Positions 36,278 to 45,345 of a stretch of 64,000 bases of DNA are shown piece by piece. The position numbers and the translations under genes are program-made. The first letter of the stretch is position 1; every line of letters begins with the position of its first letter. This stretch comes from an uncultured Gammaproteobacteria bacterium (GTDB taxonomy: Bacteria > Patescibacteriota > Microgenomatia > UBA12405 > CAZGPK01). The stretch lies in NCBI GenBank assembly GCA_964527115.1, contig CAZGPK010000003.1:13189-77188 (forward strand), given 5' to 3'. The notes below the pieces were generated by a model that was not told the DNA's origin, did not search any database, and saw only the letters and a program-made list of their open reading frames with translations.

Positions 36278-37996
36278 TTATTTTTTTTGGAAAACTAAAA
36301 CTTGGGGATGATCATAGACGCTAAAGGCTTCTTCGGCGGTATCATCACGAAAGTAAATTCCAGGAGAAGAACAGATTTGTTTGGCAAACCAGCTGTTTTT
36401 CTTCTCTTGGTAGGGGTAGTTGGTAGGGCCAAAATAGAAACAGTGGTGTAAAAAAGGCAAAGGAAAGCCGGGATAGGAATTTATTTCCACAATTTTTTTA
36501 AAACCGAGTTTTTCATCAAAAAGATCCTGGTAATAGCGGCTGGTAAGGGGGTAGCGATCGGGGACACGGGGAATGGAGGCCCAAAGACGATTGGAGCTTA
36601 GAAAGAGGTAGTCAAGAGAGCCTAACTGGGACCAAATAATTTGCCATTTTTGGGAGTTATCAGGTCCATACAATTCCAGAGCAGGGCCCTGATAGAAAGC
36701 GGCATTGTGGCCAGGTAAATGAAGAGGTAAAGGATCGTCCCAGTGTTCGTTGGCTAAAGAGGAGGCAGGGGGGATATTTTGATAGATCCAAAAAGAGGCA
36801 GTGACGCGGGAGTGAGGGCGAAGATAAAGAGTAAAAAAAGCCAAAGAATAAAGGAAAAGGGCGAAAAATAGTCCCAGACGAAGAGGGTGATTTTTGAGAC
36901 GGATAAGAGTGAAAAGCGCAGGGGCAGAGAGAAGGGCAAGAAAAGGGTAGAGGGGGAGAAAATAGCGCATAGTGGTAACCGGCTGTAGACCTTGAATCAA
37001 AAAAAGCGAGAGGGGGAAGAAAAAAGATAAAAAGAGAAGGGGGGAGTGATATTTTTTATTTTTGATAAGATGGAAAAAAGAGTAGAAAAGAAGAAGAGAA
37101 AGAGGAAGACCCAAGCCCCAGAGAATCAGGTTTTTAAGGGGAAAAAGAAGAGGAATACGGTTTAGCCACTGGACGCCTGGAGGAAACCAGGCGTTAGGAT
37201 TGTTAAAGGATTGAAGAGTTTGGAGATTTTCTAAAAATTTAGGATTGGGGGTAAAAAGAGTAGTGAAAGCGTAGGGCTGGAAAAAGCGAAAGGTGAAAAA
37301 AGAAAAGAAGGAGAAGAGGGAGACGGCCAGAAGAATGGCTTTGAAAGAAGGATGCTGTTTAAAAAGAAAAAACAGGAAAAAAAGGGCAAGGGTGGGGGCA
37401 AAATAGATGGCAGAAACCTTGCAGGACATGGCAAGGCCAAAGGAGAGGGAGGCGAGAAAGAGAGAGGAGGGGGATTTTTTTAAAAACCAGGAAGAGAGAG
37501 AAAAGAAGGTGGCAGTGAGGAAAAAGGTAAGAAAGGTGTCAACGACAAAGAAATGGGAGTGCTGGATAGGAAGAACAAAAAGGGTGTAAAGAAGGGGGGC
37601 AAGAAAGAATAGTTTCTTGGCTTGAGGAAAGAGAAGTTTGGCTAAGTGATATAGCAAAATGACGGTACCAAAATCAAAAAGGGCAGAGAGGGCACGGCCC
37701 AGAAGAGTAAGAGTAGAATAACTGTCCATTCCCAAAAGAACGGCGAGGGTTTTAGTAAGAAAAAGAGGGAAGGTGCCGTAAACGAAAAATTGGTACTGTG
37801 GGTAATTGTAGGGATTAAGAGGAGAGGTATCGCTGTTGAGATAATCCCCTACTGAAAGAGGGAGAGAAATGTCATTGGCAACCATGGTAAGGAAACGCTC
37901 GTCAGGATGAAGGTGTTGACCCTGGTCCCAATTTAGGCCAAAAAGACGAAGGAAAAGAGCTAAAAAAAGAATAAGGAAAAGAGGTTTGAATTTCAT
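36278..37996 (-). CDS. GT-C-type polytopic glycosyltransferase
   Basis: 572 aa. The first loop has HLHPDERFL. More than 12 TM and a C-terminal soluble domain. 4-nt overlap with the upstream paralogue. Confidence 0.65.
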   Translation of the reverse strand: MKFKPLFLILFLALFLRLFGLNWDQGQHLHPDERFLTMVANDISLPLSVGDYLNSDTSPLNPYNYPQYQFFVYGTFPLFLTKTLAVLLGMDSYSTLTLLGRALSALFDFGTVILLYHLAKLLFPQAKKLFFLAPLLYTLFVLPIQHSHFFVVDTFLTFFLTATFFSLSSWFLKKSPSSLFLASLSFGLAMSCKVSAIYFAPTLALFFLFFLFKQHPSFKAILLAVSLFSFFSFFTFRFFQPYAFTTLFTPNPKFLENLQTLQSFNNPNAWFPPGVQWLNRIPLLFPLKNLILWGLGLPLSLLLFYSFFHLIKNKKYHSPLLFLSFFFPLSLFLIQGLQPVTTMRYFLPLYPFLALLSAPALFTLIRLKNHPLRLGLFFALFLYSLAFFTLYLRPHSRVTASFWIYQNIPPASSLANEHWDDPLPLHLPGHNAAFYQGPALELYGPDNSQKWQIIWSQLGSLDYLFLSSNRLWASIPRVPDRYPLTSRYYQDLFDEKLGFKKIVEINSYPGFPLPFLHHCFYFGPTNYPYQEKKNSWFAKQICSSPGIYFRDDTAEEAFSVYDHPQVLVFQKK

Positions 37997-39681
37997 AAGT
38001 TTTGAGGGGAAAAGAGAATATTCTCATAAAATTCCAGGGGTTGATATTGGGTTTTTTGAAAAAGACGAACGACAGGGTGGTCAAAGACGGTCCAGGTCTC
38101 CTCTGCTTCTTCGTCGGGCGTTTCCCAAAGGACTTTTCCGGCTATTTTCAAACGAGGAAAGCTTTGAAAACGAGCCAGGGGAGTAAAACCAAGGCGACCT
38201 GAAAAAAGGGCGTCATAGTAGGCCGTAGAAAAAGGAAAATCGGGGCCTGTTTGATTCATAAACATGCGGCGGGAAGGAACAAGAAGGTAATCGGCTTCAA
38301 AAAGAAGAAGAGCGAGGTCTTGGGCAAGAACAGGGTCTTGATCAAGGCCGTAAAAGTCAAAGTTGTCAACTTCAAGGCTATGGGGTGGGAAGGGAAGGTT
38401 AATAACATTGCCAGCCTCAGAGAGAAGGCGGGTGCCTTCGGGAAGTGATTCTTTGAGCCAATCAGAGGCGACAAGGCGGGAATCAGGAGAGGCATAAATT
38501 TGAAAAAAGGAAAGAGCGGAGAAAAAGATAGGAAGAGAGAAAAAGATAAAAAGGGGAAGGCGAAAACGACTTGGGGAAAAATGAGAGAGGGCGCGAAAGA
38601 AAAAGAGGGAGAAGAAAAGGAGAAGAGGAAGAAGGGGGGTGTAAAACCTAATCCAGCGGGTAAAAAGATGATTTTGAGAGAGAAAATAGAGGAAGGAGAA
38701 GGAGAGGAAGATAAGAATAAAGGAACGGTGAATAATTTTCTTTTGAGAAAGTTGGCGACCGACAAGCAAGAGACCTAAAAAAGAAGTAAAGAGGGCCGGC
38801 CGACCAAGAGAATAGGGGAAAATTTTCTGGAAGGGGAAAAGAAGGTTTTTGCTTTGGAGAAATTGGCGAGTGTAAAAAACGGGTAAAGCAGCGGTGGCAA
38901 CAGATATTTCATAGCGCATACTGGAGATAAACTCGGAGTAAGAAAGGAAAGAGTGAGGTGTAAAAAGGAGAGTGAAAAGGAGGGAAAAAAAGGAAAAGAA
39001 AAAGAGAAGGGAAAGAAGTTTTTTAAAACTTAGGCGGCGGGAAAAGAAAAGGACAAGGAGAGAGAAAAGCGGGGGGAGGGCGCTAAAAAGACCAGTGAGT
39101 TTAGAGCCCAGGGCAAGACCAAAGGAAAGAGAAGAGAAAAGGACAAGGAGGCGAGTGGGGCGCTTGAGAAGGAGGAAGGAAAGATAAAGGGAAAAGAGGA
39201 AGGAAAAAACAAGAAGAGACTCGGTAGTACCAAAATGAGCAGCTTGAATAAGTCCGGGGCTTGAGGCTAAAAGAAAGGCAAAAAAAAGACCCCAAAAAGA
39301 GGAGGAAAAGAAGCGGCGAGCCAGGTTGTAGGCAATAAGAACGGTGAGAGAAGAAAAGCTGGCAGAAAGGAACCTTAGGGCAAAAACAGCTTGAGAAAAG
39401 GAGAGAGAGACAAAGAAATCTCCACGAAAGAGAAAAGAGAGAAGTTGAGAGAAAAAGAAGGAAAAGTAGAGAGGAAATTGGCCATAGGCAAAAAAGTGAG
39501 GATGGAGACTGGAAAAAGAGAGCTGGGAAAGGCTGCGGGCAAGGTTCGACTCATCCGGATGAAAAAAATAGCCCGCTCCCCAGTCAAGATAAGCAAAGCG
39601 GGTAAAAATAGTAAAGGCAAGAATAAAAAAGGCAAGAGAGAGAAAAACAGGACGGGAGAGAGGGGAGGCTTTAGAAAACAT
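37993..39681 (-). CDS. GT-C-type polytopic glycosyltransferase (paralogue of 36278..37996)
   Basis: 562 aa. The first loop has FFHPDESNL. Extremely F/L/S-rich TMs. The C-terminal domain resembles its neighbour's (...VFDHPVVRLFQK versus ...VYDHPQVLVFQK). Confidence 0.65.
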   Translation of the reverse strand: MFSKASPLSRPVFLSLAFFILAFTIFTRFAYLDWGAGYFFHPDESNLARSLSQLSFSSLHPHFFAYGQFPLYFSFFFSQLLSFLFRGDFFVSLSFSQAVFALRFLSASFSSLTVLIAYNLARRFFSSSFWGLFFAFLLASSPGLIQAAHFGTTESLLVFSFLFSLYLSFLLLKRPTRLLVLFSSLSFGLALGSKLTGLFSALPPLFSLLVLFFSRRLSFKKLLSLLFFFSFFSLLFTLLFTPHSFLSYSEFISSMRYEISVATAALPVFYTRQFLQSKNLLFPFQKIFPYSLGRPALFTSFLGLLLVGRQLSQKKIIHRSFILIFLSFSFLYFLSQNHLFTRWIRFYTPLLPLLLFFSLFFFRALSHFSPSRFRLPLFIFFSLPIFFSALSFFQIYASPDSRLVASDWLKESLPEGTRLLSEAGNVINLPFPPHSLEVDNFDFYGLDQDPVLAQDLALLLFEADYLLVPSRRMFMNQTGPDFPFSTAYYDALFSGRLGFTPLARFQSFPRLKIAGKVLWETPDEEAEETWTVFDHPVVRLFQKTQYQPLEFYENILFSPQNL

Positions 39682-40612
39682 AGATAAAGGCGATCGTCAT
39701 GGCCCCCCAAAGAAACACAGAAAGGGCCAGAGGAATATCTGAGGCAATCATTCTTTCTGGACGTTCGCCCTCAGTGGTTTCGAAAATGATCTGGCCGTAA
39801 CGCATGATGCCAAAGATAACGGGGCCGAGGGTAATCATCATTAGTTTGCGATTCATAAGATCAGGAAAGTTTTGGAGGATAAAGGAGCGGAAATAGCCCT
39901 GGAAAGAGACAGGTTGGCTGGAAAAGGTAAAAAGAGCGTAGGCAATGATGGTAGAGACGGCGAAGATGGAAGTATAGAAGTTAAGAAGGGATTTTTGGTA
40001 ACGGCGCAGAGCAGGGCGAGCAGTGGCTTTGGTAGGGCCAACAAGTTCACTTCTTCTTTTACCGGTGGCAATAAAAAGAGCGAGGAAAATTAGGGAAAAA
40101 AGGAGCCAGACCGGCATGTGGAAACCGGTGGCCGTTTCCCCTGCCAGAGCACGAATAATAAAGGAGGCAGCAATACCAAGAATATCGTAGATTGCTTTCT
40201 TTTTTAAAATGAAGGAATAGGCATAGTGAGTGAAAATAAAAAGCAAACAGGTGAAAACAAAGCCAAAACCCAGAGAAAAGGCCAAGGTTAAGGAAAAAAG
40301 AGCTAAGATCAGGGAGAGAAAAATAGCCAAGGGTATGGGTAACTCACCTTTGGCAATGGGGCGGTTTTTTTTGACCGGATGGAGACGGTCCAGAGGAGCA
40401 TCAATGGTGTCATTGATGAGGTAGGAAGAAGAAGAGAGAAGACAGAAGATAAAGAAAGCCAGGAGGCTATGCTGAAAATGAAGGGGGTGGAAAAGTTCAC
40501 CAGTAAAAATAATGGCGGCAAAAACGGAAAGATTTTTGATCCACTGGCTGGGCCGAAAAGAGATTAAAATTGCGATAGGGAGAGATCTTTCCCGAGGTTT
40601 TTTTTGTTTCAT
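39671..40612 (-). CDS. UbiA-family prenyltransferase, decaprenyl-phosphate phosphoribosyltransferase (DPPR synthase)-like
   Basis: NDTIDAPLDRLHPVKKNRPIAKGEL matches the ND..D...DR.HP.K..RPIA.G signature of the Rv3806c-type UbiA subgroup. 8-9 TM. Confidence 0.75.
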   Translation of the reverse strand: MKQKKPRERSLPIAILISFRPSQWIKNLSVFAAIIFTGELFHPLHFQHSLLAFFIFCLLSSSSYLINDTIDAPLDRLHPVKKNRPIAKGELPIPLAIFLSLILALFSLTLAFSLGFGFVFTCLLFIFTHYAYSFILKKKAIYDILGIAASFIIRALAGETATGFHMPVWLLFSLIFLALFIATGKRRSELVGPTKATARPALRRYQKSLLNFYTSIFAVSTIIAYALFTFSSQPVSFQGYFRSFILQNFPDLMNRKLMMITLGPVIFGIMRYGQIIFETTEGERPERMIASDIPLALSVFLWGAMTIAFIYVF

Positions 40613-41913
40613 GAGAGTTTTAAATCTTCTCTTATGATTTTAACAGTTTTTAGAGCTTGAAGAACGGAGTAGTTAAGACCGCGATCCCAGGGGAAAATAT
40701 GGGACATATTGGCCCAGTAAATAAAGGGGCGAGAGGTACGAGGAGTGGGAACTTGAGGGCGATGGTTGACGGCAGTTAGGGGCTGGGCATAAGGAGCAGT
40801 AAAAAGATGGGTTTGGCAAATATCGGTGCGTTTCAGCTGGGGAGAGATTTTTTGTAAGTATGGCCAAAATTTTTCAAGGATTTGAGAGGAATTAAGGCGG
40901 TAATAGGGGTGGGAGGCAGGATAATAGCCTCCTAAATAAAGCAGGTGACGCTTGCTTGGGAGAGGTGAATTTGAAGAGGAAAAAAGATTGTTTTGCTCAA
41001 CGGCAACCAAGAAGGGGGCAGAGGAGTCGTGAATGTTTAACCAGTAAATATTGTCCGGCAAGGCGGGGCGGGAAAGCTCGAGGATAAGGGTAAGAGCACC
41101 CAGATATTTTAGAGGGGGATAAATTTGAGGAGAAAGAAGCTCAAGAGACTTGGGGTAGGGGGTGCTAAGTAAAACGGCGTCATAGGGACCAAAGGTTTTA
41201 TCTTTAACTTTGAGAAAATGCTTCTGTCCTTGAGAGATAATTTTTTCAACCGGAGAGGATGGATAAAGATTGGCTTTTTGTTTTTTAATGTTTTTCAAAA
41301 GTGAATTAGTCAAAAGAGAAAAACCGCCGGAAGGATAGCCAAGAACAGCAGTTCTAGACTTAAGACGAGCCCAGAGCCAGGAAAAGGAAACCTGTGAAAA
41401 ATCTTTGGCAAACTTGCCCTTTAAAAGAGGCTGCCAAATGATTTTGGTTGCCTGAGAGCCAAAGATAAGATTTGAAGCTTTAATGGCCGAGACGGAGTCG
41501 AAAAGGGAAAAGTAGGGCAAGAATTTAACTAGGGCAATCCCCGCTCCCAAGCGCAGACGTGAGAAAAAACTAAGAGGAGTAAAGCGCAAAACAGAAAGAG
41601 GAGAATCAAGCTGGTGAAAACGGGAATTGTAGAAACTTGAGGTTTTGGGCCGGTAAAATTTGAGACGGGAAGAAATTTTAAGATCTTGAAAAAGGGCAAG
41701 AAGAGCCCGGTCGGAGTGGAAAAAATGATGGTAAAAGATCTCCAGCGGCCAGGGCCAGGAAGAGGGGCGAAAGGTCCGGAGAAAACCGCCAAAGCCGGGT
41801 GTTGACTCAAAAAGATCAATTTGGACCTGAGACGAAAGCTGATAGGCGGAAACGAGACCGGTAAGACCAGCTCCGACCACAGCTATTTTCAAGTTTTTTG
41901 GGTTATCTTTCAC
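40609..41913 (-). CDS. FAD/NAD(P)-dependent oxidoreductase (amine-oxidase / protoporphyrinogen-oxidase-like fold)
   Basis: N-terminal KIAVVGAGLTGLVSAY...LFES..GFGG dinucleotide motif. First gene of a 4-gene overlapping operon. Confidence 0.7.
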   Translation of the reverse strand: MKDNPKNLKIAVVGAGLTGLVSAYQLSSQVQIDLFESTPGFGGFLRTFRPSSWPWPLEIFYHHFFHSDRALLALFQDLKISSRLKFYRPKTSSFYNSRFHQLDSPLSVLRFTPLSFFSRLRLGAGIALVKFLPYFSLFDSVSAIKASNLIFGSQATKIIWQPLLKGKFAKDFSQVSFSWLWARLKSRTAVLGYPSGGFSLLTNSLLKNIKKQKANLYPSSPVEKIISQGQKHFLKVKDKTFGPYDAVLLSTPYPKSLELLSPQIYPPLKYLGALTLILELSRPALPDNIYWLNIHDSSAPFLVAVEQNNLFSSSNSPLPSKRHLLYLGGYYPASHPYYRLNSSQILEKFWPYLQKISPQLKRTDICQTHLFTAPYAQPLTAVNHRPQVPTPRTSRPFIYWANMSHIFPWDRGLNYSVLQALKTVKIIREDLKLS

Positions 41914-41933
41914 TAAAACAATCCTTTGGGGAA

Positions 41934-42941
41934 TTATAGCAGGAGGAAAAGACCAAGAAGAGTGAGGATAGCTCCAGAAATAGTGATCAGTTGGGTCGGT
42001 ATCTCAAAACCAGCTGCCGGTAATTCCTCTCTGGTGGGAGCAGCGGTGGGAGGTGGAGAGGTGGGAGCAGGACAGCGACATTGACTATCTTGGTCCGCCG
42101 GTGGACAAGAATCAGAAAGACAATAATTCTGATCCTGATAGCGTTGACAGGTTAAGCCGTTAGTACAGGTACTATCATCTGACTGACAGGTACCCCAACA
42201 ACCAGGAATGGGAGTGGGGGTATTGGTCGGAGTATTGGTCGGGGTGGGAGTGGGGGTATTGGTCGGAGTATTGGTCGGGGTGAGGGTACCAGTAGGAGTA
42301 GGTGAAGGAGTGAGAGTATTAGTCGGGGTGGGAGTGAGAGTATTGGTAGGAGTTGGAGAGAGGGTGCCAGTAGGAGTAGGTGAAGGAGTGAGAGTATTAG
42401 TCGGGGTGGGAGTGAAAGTAGGAGTAGGGGTAGTCTCCTCGGAGCAGGGGCCGGTGCAATTGGAAACTTTTGTGCCAAAAATAATAGTACCGGGACTATC
42501 AGGTTCGTACTTTTTGTTTAAACAATCAAGCTGACCAATCGAACAGGGAGGGAGAGTAGCGGTAAAAGAACAACTTCCTGAAGCATCAACCCGACAAGAA
42601 CCGAGATCAATACATTCAGCCGTTTTACCACAGGTGACCAGGTCGCCAACCTGTCGCGAAATACATTCATCGTTGTTACAGTCTTGGCACTGATCAACAG
42701 TTGGATATTTGTGAAGCATAAGGAGTCCGTAGTAAATATCTCCTTTTTCTCCAAAACAAATGACTGTTTTTTCTTTGGGGACCGCTTGTCTTCTAGTTTC
42801 CTGACTTTGTTTAACGAGAATATAGGCAACAGAAAGAGAGAGACCCAGAAAAATTAAAACAAGGAAAGGAATTATCTTTTTGAAGGGAAAACCTGTTTTA
42901 GGGTTGCCTGTTTCGACGTGAGCGGGAATGAATTTTACCAT
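41934..42941 (-). CDS. Anchored Cys-rich surface protein with Thr/Pro repeat linker
   Basis: N-terminal TM, about 20 Cys in two modules and a ([18 protein letters not shown])n linker. The C-terminus has LPAAG plus a hydrophobic tail. Confidence 0.5.
   Translation of the reverse strand: MVKFIPAHVETGNPKTGFPFKKIIPFLVLIFLGLSLSVAYILVKQSQETRRQAVPKEKTVICFGEKGDIYYGLLMLHKYPTVDQCQDCNNDECISRQVGDLVTCGKTAECIDLGSCRVDASGSCSFTATLPPCSIGQLDCLNKKYEPDSPGTIIFGTKVSNCTGPCSEETTPTPTFTPTPTNTLTPSPTPTGTLSPTPTNTLTPTPTNTLTPSPTPTGTLTPTNTPTNTPTPTPTNTPTNTPTPIPGCWGTCQSDDSTCTNGLTCQRYQDQNYCLSDSCPPADQDSQCRCPAPTSPPPTAAPTREELPAAGFEIPTQLITISGAILTLLGLFLLL
42205..42425. repeat. Nested in-frame tandem repeats encoding the T/P-rich linker
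   Basis: gggagtgggggtattggtcggagtattggtcgggg occurs twice, and gtaggtgaaggagtgagagtattagtcggggtgggagtga occurs twice (about 42298 and 42376). Confidence 0.8.
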
Positions 42942-42956
42942 GGTGCTAACTTAAAG

Positions 42957-44057
42957 CTAAACAGTTCTAGCTCTTTTGTCAACCTTTTTGGAAGAAATAG
43001 GGAGGCTTACAAAATTGGTTTCCCGAGATAAAAGATGATGGTCTTCTTTTTGACTGCTGGTTAGGAAAAGCTGGGAAGAGCGGAAAAGAGTGAGGATAAG
43101 ATTTTGGTTTTCTGGATCAAGTTCTGAAAAAATATCGTCCAAAAGAATTAGGGGATGGCTTTTGGTTTTAAGAAAAAAAAGATGGGCTTCGGCAGTTTTA
43201 AAAGCTAAAACCGCCAAGCGTTGCTGACCCCGACTCCCCCAATGGGCAAGGTTTGGGTCAGGAGAGGAAAGATCTTTTTTGGTAAAGACAAAATCATCTC
43301 GGTGGGGACCGTAATGAGTAGCGGCAAAATTTATATCTCTGGCAAGAGAGCGGGCTAAAATGGATGAGTTTAGATTGCTTGGTTGATAAACAAAAGCGTA
43401 GGGACGGAGAAATTTAGCCGGGTGAGAGGATAAGTATTGAGTCAGTTCGGCAAAAAATGATTGACGTTGCTCTTGGATAATTTGACCATTTTTTAAAAGA
43501 GATTGGTCCCAGAAATAGAGCTCTTGGGAAGAGGCCTGCTGAGCACGAATTTGCAAAAGAAGGCGGTTTCTTTGGAGGAGGGAACGCTGATAACGGTAGA
43601 GACTTCTTTGATACTCGGGGTTAAGTTTTCCTAAAACCTGATCGAGAAATTGGCGGCGGCGGGAGGGAGAGCCAGCAACAAGATTTAGATCCGAGGGACG
43701 AAAGAGGACGGCGGCGATAGTGGAAAGATAGTCGGAGCGAAGACGGGGAGCTTTGTTGATGAAAAAGCTTTTTTTAACCCTTGTTTGGGGAGGAAGAGGG
43801 TCTTTAATAAGTTGAACCTGCCAAGAAGTAGTTGTAGAAGAGCCAGAGACAAAAGCTTGGTTTTCCCCCCAGGTAAAAAGCTGATCGAGACGGGTGGCAC
43901 GGAAACTTTGAGCGGTGGCGAGAAAATAGAGGGCTTCAATAAGATTGGTTTTACCACTGGCGTTGGGACCTAAAATGAGGTTTAGGCCGGGAGTAAAACG
44001 AAAGCTTTGCTTTTTGAAGTTACGGAATTGGTAGAGGGTGAGGGAGTTAAGGCGCAT
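42957..44057 (-). CDS. recF: DNA replication/repair protein RecF
   Basis: The N-terminus LTLYQFRNF....F.PGLNLILGPNASGKTNLIEALYFLA carries Walker A. The C-terminal LLDDIFSELD carries Walker B. Confidence 0.88.
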   Translation of the reverse strand: MRLNSLTLYQFRNFKKQSFRFTPGLNLILGPNASGKTNLIEALYFLATAQSFRATRLDQLFTWGENQAFVSGSSTTTSWQVQLIKDPLPPQTRVKKSFFINKAPRLRSDYLSTIAAVLFRPSDLNLVAGSPSRRRQFLDQVLGKLNPEYQRSLYRYQRSLLQRNRLLLQIRAQQASSQELYFWDQSLLKNGQIIQEQRQSFFAELTQYLSSHPAKFLRPYAFVYQPSNLNSSILARSLARDINFAATHYGPHRDDFVFTKKDLSSPDPNLAHWGSRGQQRLAVLAFKTAEAHLFFLKTKSHPLILLDDIFSELDPENQNLILTLFRSSQLFLTSSQKEDHHLLSRETNFVSLPISSKKVDKRARTV

Positions 44058-44076
44058 GGATAAAGAGAATATACGA

Positions 44077-44116
44077 CGAAAAACCCCGATAGTTTAAACG
44101 GGATTTTTCGTTTTTT
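44077..44116. terminator. Hairpin/terminator between the small basic protein gene and recF
   Basis: cgaaaaaccccg / cgggatttttcg forms a 12-bp stem with 1 mismatch and a 10-nt loop, followed by T6 on the plus strand. Confidence 0.45.
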
Positions 44117-44131
44117 GGACAAGACAAAAAG

Positions 44132-44317
44132 TTACACTTCCTGGACAGAAGCAGAACGGTAGTCTGCTTCGGAAACGAACTTGGTGAGGTTTCGACCATC
44201 AGAGGTCTTACCTTTCAGGGCGTAACGAGTACGACCCTTAACTGTGTATTGGGTTTTACCAACTACTTCTGCGTCGACTTTTTGACGAAGTTTAACGTCG
44301 TAAAATGTTGATTTCAT
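44132..44317 (-). CDS. Small basic protein (61 aa), unknown function
   Basis: A perfect SD AGGAGGTG lies 8 nt upstream of the ATG at 44317. MKSTFYDVKLRQKVDAEVVGKTQYTVKGRTRYALKGKTSDGRNLTKFVS is beta-rich and basic. The longer track ORF start was rejected. Confidence 0.55.
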   Translation of the reverse strand: MKSTFYDVKLRQKVDAEVVGKTQYTVKGRTRYALKGKTSDGRNLTKFVSEADYRSASVQEV

Positions 44318-44424
44318 TCTAAGCTCACCTCCTTCGTGGTTTATAAATCTTAAACGCAAGCCATAAGAGCAGTTTTTTGTTTTTAGGCTAGCTAAGCTAA
44401 AAATATAGGTAAAGCTGAAGCTTG

Positions 44425-45318
44425 TCAAGGAAGCTTGGGTAATGGCTGACAGAAGGGGCAATAAAAGGTAGAGCGTCCTCCCAGCTTATAATTTTTGATT
44501 TTGGCCGAACATTTCTTACATTTTTTGCCTTCCCGATGATAAACATAGGCTTTTTTCTGATAAGTCCCCTTTTCCCCATTTGGAAGAATATAGGCTTCGT
44601 CGGCGGCAGAAGTGCCTTGAGCTAAGATTGCAGCTTGTACGACGTCTTTAAGTGAGTGATGAAGTTTTTTTACTTGTAAAAGGCTTAGAGTGTTGGCAGG
44701 AGTGCTGGGATGAATATCGGCCAGGAAAAGGGCTTCGGAAACATAGATGTTGCCAATACCGGCGACTTTAGTTTGATCAAGGAGAAGAATTTTAATGGGA
44801 CGCTTGGAGGCGGCGAGGATAAGAAATAAGGCTTGAACAGTGAGGCTGTCCCCCGCCCAGTCAGGCCCTAAAGAGGAAATGAGCTTTTCATGGGTTTTAG
44901 AAGAAATGATTTTTGCCCAGCCAAACTTGCGAAGATCGTTAAAAAATAAAGTATCAGCACTTGAAAAGCGAAAAATGATCCGGGTGTAGCGGTTGGGAAG
45001 GAAAGAGACATCCCAAACAGGGTGAGGAGAAGAAAGGTCGGGCGGAGTCTTGGATTTTTGCTGATTAAGGGAAGCGGCCGATTTAAAAAGAAGCTGACCG
45101 GTCATTTTTAGGTGAAAGTGCAGGAGGGATCCGCCAGATAGGTGGAGAAAGAGATTTTTGCCGTGACGGGAAGTGGAGACTATTTTCTGACCAAGGACTT
45201 TAGCCGGTGAATTGGGAAATTGTTTTTTTGATAAAACTTCTACCTCTTTAAAAGTCTGGCCTTCTAAAAGAGGAGCAAGATAGGAGCGAATAGTTTCGAC
45301 TTCAGGAAGTTCTGGCAT
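44425..45318 (-). CDS. mutM: Formamidopyrimidine-DNA glycosylase (Fpg/Nei family)
   Basis: The MPELPEVETIR N-terminus carries the catalytic Pro2/Glu3. C-terminal zinc finger CKKC...CPFCQ. Confidence 0.88.
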   Translation of the reverse strand: MPELPEVETIRSYLAPLLEGQTFKEVEVLSKKQFPNSPAKVLGQKIVSTSRHGKNLFLHLSGGSLLHFHLKMTGQLLFKSAASLNQQKSKTPPDLSSPHPVWDVSFLPNRYTRIIFRFSSADTLFFNDLRKFGWAKIISSKTHEKLISSLGPDWAGDSLTVQALFLILAASKRPIKILLLDQTKVAGIGNIYVSEALFLADIHPSTPANTLSLLQVKKLHHSLKDVVQAAILAQGTSAADEAYILPNGEKGTYQKKAYVYHREGKKCKKCSAKIKNYKLGGRSTFYCPFCQPLPKLP

Positions 45319-45345
45319 GGGCTAATTATATGACATTCCAATTGG

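Noticed and set aside
38972-39187. Long Lys/Arg/Glu-rich ORFs on the plus strand (for example 38972..39187, 39391..39687, 38500..38778, 16267..16494, 17443..17667, 16955..17293).
   Set aside because: They are mirror images of F/L/S-rich minus-strand membrane-protein genes with clear GT-C or PAP2 motifs. Their low-complexity composition comes from the purine-rich antisense strand.
42208-42534. A Gly/Val-repeat ORF ([13 protein letters not shown]...) and the 42152..42478 Pro/Leu ORF.
   Set aside because: These are alternative frames or the antisense of the T/P repeat linker of the 41934..42941 gene. Repeat DNA stays open in several frames.
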